From the NCBI GenBank assembly GCA_048938895.1, contig JBHLLU010000087.1, positions 1-12,484 of the forward strand: 12,484 nucleotides of DNA. Direction: 5' to 3'. Below, piece after piece: positions 6,745-12,484 of the stretch. A program made the position numbers and the translations under genes. Source of the stretch: Promethearchaeota archaeon. GTDB taxonomy: Archaea > Asgardarchaeota > Lokiarchaeia > Sigyniarchaeales > SOKP01. The first letter of the stretch is position 1; every line of letters starts with the position of its first letter. The notes under the pieces are model-generated. The model did not search any database, was not told the origin of the DNA, and was given only the letters and a program-made list of their open reading frames with translations.

Positions 6745-7593
6745 ATGAAAAATTATGAAACAATAAAAATTGAAGAAAGAGATGATGGAATATCCATTAT
6801 AACTTTTGACAGACCAGAAAGTCTGAATGCAATGTCATTCCAATATACAGAAGACATGCTAGATTACCTTACTACATTAGAGGATAATTTTACAGTACGC
6901 ATTCTAATTCTCACCGGAGGAGGAAGAGGATTTTCATCGGGACTCGATTTAAAGGAAAGTCAGCTATTATATAAAAAAAAAGTACCAGGAGATCTTGAAA
7001 AATTTAAATATTTAACAACAGGTGATTTAGTGAAAAGATCATTCTATGCCCAAAAAAGGCTTTCTAAAGTTATGCTTAAGTTAAGAAAGATTCCTCAACC
7101 TGTTATAGCAGCAGTTAATGGTCCTGCTTATGGAGGTGGCTTAGGTCTAGCAATTGCAGCGGATATAAGAATTGCAAGCAAGAGTGCCATATTTTGTAAT
7201 GCTTTTATTAAAATTGGGGTATCTGGAGCAGACATGGCAAGTTCTTATTGGCTTCCTCGTTTAATTGGTTTTTCAAGAGCTGCAGAATTTATGTATACTG
7301 GGAGGGACATGAATGCAACAGAAGCTGAACAATATGGTTTAGTTTCCAGAGTGGTACCTGACGGTGAATTGATGAACGAAGTACTAAAAACGGCAAAAAT
7401 GATATTGAACAAGAGCCCATTGGGAGTAAAGCTTACTAAAGAGGCATTAAATATAAATATAGATGCCCCATCATTGGAAGCAGCTATAGAACTTGAAAAT
7501 AGAACCCAAGTTATTTGCATAAACACCAAAGATGCTCCAGAAGGTGCTTTTTCATTACTAGCTAAGAAAGAACCTAAGTATGACAAATGGTAA
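6745..7593 (+). CDS. Enoyl-CoA hydratase/isomerase (crotonase) family protein
   Basis: Motifs ITFDRPESLNAM, LTGGGRGFSSGLDL, PQPVIAAVNGPAYGGG, LPRLIGFSRA and TGR..ATEAEQYGLV. ATG 6745 is preferred over TTG 6724. Confidence 0.95.
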   Translation: MKNYETIKIEERDDGISIITFDRPESLNAMSFQYTEDMLDYLTTLEDNFTVRILILTGGGRGFSSGLDLKESQLLYKKKVPGDLEKFKYLTTGDLVKRSFYAQKRLSKVMLKLRKIPQPVIAAVNGPAYGGGLGLAIAADIRIASKSAIFCNAFIKIGVSGADMASSYWLPRLIGFSRAAEFMYTGRDMNATEAEQYGLVSRVVPDGELMNEVLKTAKMILNKSPLGVKLTKEALNINIDAPSLEAAIELENRTQVICINTKDAPEGAFSLLAKKEPKYDKW

Positions 7594-7600
7594 TTTTTAA

Positions 7601-9040
7601 TTAAAATATTATTCCATCTGTTCTTCCCTCTATTGGTTCTGAATGGAGTATAATTGTATCCAGATTATCTATCCCTAACTCTTCCTTTATATTATTTTCT
7701 AATTCAGAAATAAAATTATGAGTTTGAGAGATATTTAACGAGCCATCAAAAAATATGTGAATCTCTAAGATACAACTGTCAAGTGTAGCCCAAAATTCCA
7801 GTCCATGATAACCTTTCACATGTGGATTTCTTCTTAAAACTGTATCAATTACGTCACCAATTTGTTTTAACATTTCTGGTCCTACGTCAGCACATGTAAT
7901 TTGATCGGGAGATAGCTCTTCCCTCTCTTTTTGACTTTCAATATGTGTTATAACACGAGATAAAAAAGGTGCTTGTTTTTTTATTTCTGTTTCAAAATCA
8001 GATGATATTTTATGTGCTTCTAAAAGTGAGAGATTTTCGTTAACTACTACTATAACTGAAATAAAATACACATCTTCAATCCTAAAAAGATTCAGATCTT
8101 TGAAGTTTTTTATATCGGGGTATTCTGACTTCATAGAGTAAATGAGATTAATTAAACCTTCTCCGATTGATTCCTCACTAGCTAACGGATTCATTTCTAC
8201 TATACATTCAACTTCATAAAGAGGGAAAAATTTGTTGCTCAAATTTCTAATGGAAGTTGTTATTTCATTAGCATGAATTATAGTGATATGATCTTCCACA
8301 GATAAGTGAACTTCTAGGAATAAAGTCTTTCCACTAACTCTCATTTTGATTTCATGAACCCCTACAACGTGCTCAAGTGCAAAGATCTCTTCTCTTAATC
8401 TTTCGACTATAATTGAGCTCACTGGATTTGTATCGATAAGTTCTTTTATCCCTTCCTTAGCTAGCTTAAACGCTCCGAATATGATCCAGCCCGAAAGTAT
8501 AATACTAAGAATAGGATCAAGAAAGATTATATTAAATGAAGCAAAAATAAAACTTAGAAAGACAATAACAGCTCTCATGGAATCTTGAAATAAATTTAGT
8601 CCTTGCATTTCCATAGTTAGACTTTTCTGTACTCTTCCCTGTGAAATTAATATCCTTGAAAAAATTAGGTTCACTAGGAAGGAAATAATTAAAATTGTTA
8701 ATCCAAATCCGGGATTTAATACTTCAAATTTACCTGCTAAAATCACTTGAACTGCATTATAGATCAAAATTACATAAATATTCATTAATATAATTCCTTG
8801 GACCAACCCAGAAATAGAATCTATTTTACTATGACCATACATATGCTCATAATCTGCTGGTTTCTGACTTGTATATAACGAATACAAGCTTATTGATACG
8901 AACAAAATATCAGTAAGTGTATCTACAGTTTCAGATAAAAAGCTTAAACTTCCTGTAATCATAACCCCAATTAGCTTTATCGATGATTGGAACAAGATCA
9001 CACATAACGATAAGAATCCAAATTTTATTTTAACATCCAT
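7601..9040 (-). CDS. Cation diffusion facilitator (FieF-like) transporter with three C-terminal ZT_dimer-like domains
   Basis: About six hydrophobic TM segments with GSLSFLSETVDTLTD, KPADYEHMYGHSKID and LDPILS, followed by three ~70-aa repeats ending VEMNP, THIES and LHSEP. Confidence 0.92.
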   Translation of the reverse strand: MDVKIKFGFLSLCVILFQSSIKLIGVMITGSLSFLSETVDTLTDILFVSISLYSLYTSQKPADYEHMYGHSKIDSISGLVQGIILMNIYVILIYNAVQVILAGKFEVLNPGFGLTILIISFLVNLIFSRILISQGRVQKSLTMEMQGLNLFQDSMRAVIVFLSFIFASFNIIFLDPILSIILSGWIIFGAFKLAKEGIKELIDTNPVSSIIVERLREEIFALEHVVGVHEIKMRVSGKTLFLEVHLSVEDHITIIHANEITTSIRNLSNKFFPLYEVECIVEMNPLASEESIGEGLINLIYSMKSEYPDIKNFKDLNLFRIEDVYFISVIVVVNENLSLLEAHKISSDFETEIKKQAPFLSRVITHIESQKEREELSPDQITCADVGPEMLKQIGDVIDTVLRRNPHVKGYHGLEFWATLDSCILEIHIFFDGSLNISQTHNFISELENNIKEELGIDNLDTIILHSEPIEGRTDGIIF

Positions 9041-9284
9041 AACTTGAAAAATATGTTTTTATTTTGGTTTATATTTTCTCATTTTGGGAAAAAAATATTA
9101 ACTTCTTTTTTATAATTAGCATATTTATCTCCAAATTTATTCATATAATATTTTTCTTATTATATTAGTATAGTAATTTAAACACTATTGTAATCGTTTC
9201 TTTATTAAAAATCGGACTACTGAAATATTAAGTTAAGCCATAATTTTTTAAGATTTAAGAAGAGATTTATGTAGAGAAAGAAAA

Positions 9285-10394
9285 ATGGAAGAAAAAAATA
9301 TTAAATTTATTAACCGAACTCTAAAGAAAGTACATCCTAGTATATCCAAAATCTTTATGCCTTGGATTCTGAAACATCCAAAAAGTATATACACTATGAT
9401 GCGACTAGCAAAATCGTATAGAAAAAGCCGAGAAATAAGAATAGAAGAATTTTTGAACGGAACTAAGGTGCCTGCTTCCCTAATTTTAAGTATAACTTCA
9501 AAATGTAATCTGAAATGTTCAGGATGCTATGCAGCTGCAACAGGAACTTTATGTAATAGTAATAGATCGCTTAATCTTGAGCAATGGAGTAAGATTATAA
9601 AAGAAGCTTCCGAATTAGGAGTATTTGGATTTATGTTAGCTGGAGGAGAACCGTTTCTGATGCCAAATTTGTTAAATATTGTTGAAGAGTTCAAAGATCG
9701 GTTATTTTTCATATTTACTAATGGTACAATATTAGGAGAACAACATTATAAAAAATTAAGACGTTTGAGGAATGCTATAGTTGTAGTAAGCATTGAGGGA
9801 AGTCAGGAATTAACTAACTTAAGAAGAGGAGTGGGAGTATATGAAAAAGCAATAAGCACCATTAATAATTTAGACAAAAATGGTGTGTTAAGTGGTATTT
9901 CAGTAACCATTAATCGAAATAACTATAAATTCTGGATGGAATCAAAGAATATAGATAACCTGATATCAAAGGGAGTCAGATTAGCATTTCTTTTAGAATA
10001 TATTCCTGTGGAAAATGATAATGAACTGATGCTTACAGAAGAAGAAAGCAAGAAATTCAGAGAAATGGTATTGTATTATCGTGAAACGAAGGAGATATTT
10101 CTTATCCATTCACCAGGGGATGAGGAATATATGGGGGGATGTGTATCTGCGGGCAGAGCGTTTGCTCATATAGCACCCTCAGGAGATATGACTGCATGTC
10201 CTATTTCCAATATAGCAACACATAACTTAACGACTTCAACAGTAAAAGAGGCATTGCAAAGTCCATTATTCACATATATTAGAGAAAATGAACATCTATT
10301 AGAAACAAATGGTTCTCCATGTGCATTATTTTCACACCCAGAAGAAGTTAATGCTTTAGCGAAAAAAGTTAATGCTTATAAAATTAACATATAG
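9285..10394 (+). CDS. Radical SAM protein with a C-terminal SPASM/Twitch-like domain
   Basis: ITSKCNLKCSGCYA (CxxxCxxC), AGGEPF, FTNGT and VSIEG. The C-terminal region has GCVSAG..HIAPSGDMTACP...PC. Confidence 0.92.
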   Translation: MEEKNIKFINRTLKKVHPSISKIFMPWILKHPKSIYTMMRLAKSYRKSREIRIEEFLNGTKVPASLILSITSKCNLKCSGCYAAATGTLCNSNRSLNLEQWSKIIKEASELGVFGFMLAGGEPFLMPNLLNIVEEFKDRLFFIFTNGTILGEQHYKKLRRLRNAIVVVSIEGSQELTNLRRGVGVYEKAISTINNLDKNGVLSGISVTINRNNYKFWMESKNIDNLISKGVRLAFLLEYIPVENDNELMLTEEESKKFREMVLYYRETKEIFLIHSPGDEEYMGGCVSAGRAFAHIAPSGDMTACPISNIATHNLTTSTVKEALQSPLFTYIRENEHLLETNGSPCALFSHPEEVNALAKKVNAYKINI

Positions 10395-10426
10395 AAAAGT
10401 GAGGATTTAAAATAATATTTATATTT

Positions 10427-11302
10427 TTATTCTACTAATTCTCCTTTTGCGACTAGAAAGGCTTTTCCTCCTACTTCAACACTAATTTTGCCATCTTTTT
10501 CTGAAGCTCTTAACAATAACAAACTAGGTCTGCCGACTTCATATCCCTGTTCTACTCTTACATCAACACTATCTTTACCAAAGTATTCATGATGCGCTAG
10601 ATATGCCGCTAAGCATCCATTACCTGATCCCGTTGCTGGATCTTCGAATCCAGGAACTTCAGTGAAGACACGAACACTCAAATGATTGCCTTTCTTACGA
10701 ACTTCTGGACAAAACAATAAAATCGATTTCGCATTAGTATTCTCAACCAAATCGAAGAATTTTTCCCTTTCTACTCGCGCTCTCTTTAAAGCATCTAAGT
10801 TCCTTAAAGGAACAATTATAAAAGGTAATCCTGTAGAAACCTCTTGAATAGGAAATCGGATATCAATATCTTCTTCATCAAGAAATATTGAATTTGCAAT
10901 TAATTCTGGATCAAAAAATTGTCCAAATGCAGGAACATTGTGTTCCATCCAGATTTCTTCAGCTTCACCTGATTTATATTTAAATAATACAGGTATTTGA
11001 CCAATCTTTAGATTAAGTAATAGTGTTTTAATATTTGATTTTACTATTTCTTTCTGAATGACATAAGCTGTACCTAATGTTGGATGACCAGCAAAAGGCA
11101 ACTCCATATCAGGTGTAAATATACGAACATTATAATTTTCAATAGAAGTAATAAAAGTCGTTTCTGAATAATTCATCTCTTTAGCAAGTTTTTGCATTTC
11201 AGAATCCGAGATTTCTTTATCACACAAAAAAACAGCGAGTTGATTTCCTTCAAGTCTTCTTTCTGCAAAGACATCCACAATATAAAATTTACATTTAGAC
11301 AT
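10427..11302 (-). CDS. PhzF-family isomerase/epimerase
   Basis: Motifs VDVFAE..GNQLAV, EMNYSETTF, RIFTP..ELPFAGHPTLG, VSTGLP, EDPATGSG and EQGYEVGRPS. ATG 11302 is preferred because GAGGGG lies just upstream; 11326 is the alternative. Confidence 0.93.
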   Translation of the reverse strand: MSKCKFYIVDVFAERRLEGNQLAVFLCDKEISDSEMQKLAKEMNYSETTFITSIENYNVRIFTPDMELPFAGHPTLGTAYVIQKEIVKSNIKTLLLNLKIGQIPVLFKYKSGEAEEIWMEHNVPAFGQFFDPELIANSIFLDEEDIDIRFPIQEVSTGLPFIIVPLRNLDALKRARVEREKFFDLVENTNAKSILLFCPEVRKKGNHLSVRVFTEVPGFEDPATGSGNGCLAAYLAHHEYFGKDSVDVRVEQGYEVGRPSLLLLRASEKDGKISVEVGGKAFLVAKGELVE

Positions 11303-11399
11303 TTTATACCCCTCTCTATTAGTCATAGCCTAAGTTATAAAATTAATAGTAGTAATAAAAAAATAAATGTTTTTGATTTTTTCACGATTGGGTAAAATA

Positions 11400-11843
11400 T
11401 TATTTTGCAAGTTTAATCCCAAACTCTTTACATTTTGGTAATTCTTCATCCATGATTGGGCCTTTATTTGCAGCAACCTTAATTGATAATCCTGGACTTG
11501 TTTTGATCGTATGTGGGATAACTTCATTAATTCGTTTCTCCATTATTTTTACTACTTTTTTAGGATTGAACATGTATGTCTCAAATACCGCATACGTGTT
11601 TCCCTTAACAGAGCTTTCTGGAAGTTTCGTAATGAGGTTCTTAATAGGTTTAGTACATGATCCATAATGATTTGGAGAGCCAATAAGTATTAAATCATAA
11701 TTCTGCTCTTTATTAAGATCAATTTCCTTTACGTTCTCTATTATAACCTCATTTCCTTCGATTGTTCTAAGACCTTCAGCAATTAATTCCCCCACTTTTT
11801 TAGTATTGCCATATTTTGAGTCATAAACTATAAGTGATTTCAT
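11400..11843 (-). CDS. Flavodoxin-family protein
   Basis: FMN P-loop IVYDSKYGNTKKV, then YDLILIGSP, YAVFET and a C-terminal CKEFG. Confidence 0.9.
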   Translation of the reverse strand: MKSLIVYDSKYGNTKKVGELIAEGLRTIEGNEVIIENVKEIDLNKEQNYDLILIGSPNHYGSCTKPIKNLITKLPESSVKGNTYAVFETYMFNPKKVVKIMEKRINEVIPHTIKTSPGLSIKVAANKGPIMDEELPKCKEFGIKLAK

Positions 11844-11957
11844 AATAATTTCTCTATTTTATTAATTGAATTTCGTTTTAATTATTATGATTTAGTTCTC
11901 TACAATATAAAAATGGTATATAAAAAGGTTTCATTACAACTTCTCTCATCTTAGATT

Positions 11958-12374
11958 TCACTTCCAAATTCTAAACATTCCATGTCCTCGTCTTTCGGAG
12001 GGTCTCTTAGTAAAACCAAATTTTTCATAGAAAACTTCATTTCCTTTTGTTGACATTAATCCAACAGTAGTTCGAGGATATATATTTTTATCTAAAAAAT
12101 CTATTATTTTTTCCATCAATAATGTCCCAATCCCCATTTTTTGAAATTTTGGTAAAACAATAACATCTTGAATGTAGAAATATAATCCAGAATCTCCAAT
12201 AACTCTAGCCATTCCTATTATTTCATCATCTATTTCTGCACAGATACAATAAAGCGATCCTTGTAATCCAATCTTACACGCTTTCTCATCAACTAATTTC
12301 CAATTGACGGCTTTCCTTAATGTAAGATATTCTTGAACACTTGGAGTTCTTTCCACTAATAAGGCAGTTTTCAT
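11958..12374 (-). CDS. GNAT-family N-acetyltransferase
   Basis: IGMARVIGD, YIQDVIVLPKFQKMGIG (motif A) and FYEKFGF (motif B). Confidence 0.93.
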   Translation of the reverse strand: MKTALLVERTPSVQEYLTLRKAVNWKLVDEKACKIGLQGSLYCICAEIDDEIIGMARVIGDSGLYFYIQDVIVLPKFQKMGIGTLLMEKIIDFLDKNIYPRTTVGLMSTKGNEVFYEKFGFTKRPSERRGHGMFRIWK

Positions 12375-12420
12375 ACTAGTTCTTATTATTTAGTACTCGA
12401 AGTAATTTAAGATATTCTGG

Positions 12421-12459
12421 AAAAACTAAGAAAAAGTTCGTGAAACACCTCTTTCACGA
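12421..12459 (-). terminator. Hairpin plus T-tracts: terminator-like element or operator upstream of the GNAT gene
   Basis: Perfect 8-bp inverted repeat TCGTGAAA-cacctc-TTTCACGA (12438-12459), followed on the minus strand by ACTTTTTCTTAGTTTTT. Confidence 0.45.
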
Positions 12460-12484
12460 CAATAGATATATACCCAAATAATAT

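Noticed and set aside
7245-7586. 113-aa minus-strand ORF
   Set aside because: Antisense shadow of the crotonase.
9041-9284. Metal-regulator box or small peptide ORF in the CDF/radical SAM divergent gap
   Set aside because: Only imperfect AT-rich inverted repeats are present, indistinguishable from background, and there is no convincing ORF.
9527-9712. 61-aa minus-strand ORF as a possible RiPP precursor
   Set aside because: It lies entirely antisense within the radical SAM CDS.
10427-11302. Phenazine biosynthesis cluster
   Set aside because: PhzF-like proteins are widespread as stand-alone genes, and no phzA/B/D/E/G homologues are in the window.
11192-11667. Short ORFs 11192-11395 (+), 11330-11527 (-) and 11452-11667 (+)
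   Set aside because: They overlap the PhzF or flavodoxin genes in other frames or strands and show no coding signature.

Overview
AT-rich, gene-dense prokaryotic window that looks archaeal. Asgard/Lokiarchaeia is my inference from the MJ0109-type IMPase/FBPase, URO-D paralogue, V4R-like protein, archaeal-type TATA/oligo-T signals and a ~335-nt SRP RNA; I could not test it by search. Most of the window is housekeeping or accessory metabolism: IMPase/FBPase, URO-D-family protein, 3-methyladenine glycosylase, Ldh_2 dehydrogenase, crotonase, CDF transporter, radical SAM, PhzF-like isomerase, flavodoxin and GNAT. The most notable element is missing from the ORF track. It is a structured ncRNA on the minus strand at ~3751-4085 with SRP (7S) RNA helix 5, 6 and 8 signatures, plus an apparent extra hairpin at the S-domain junction and an ambiguous or doubled Alu region. 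Directly upstream on the same strand are a Zn-ribbon protein with a degenerate HEPN/DUF4145-like motif and a 51-aa orphan ORF. No mobile element, CRISPR array, tRNA or rRNA was seen. All RNA folds were done by eye.
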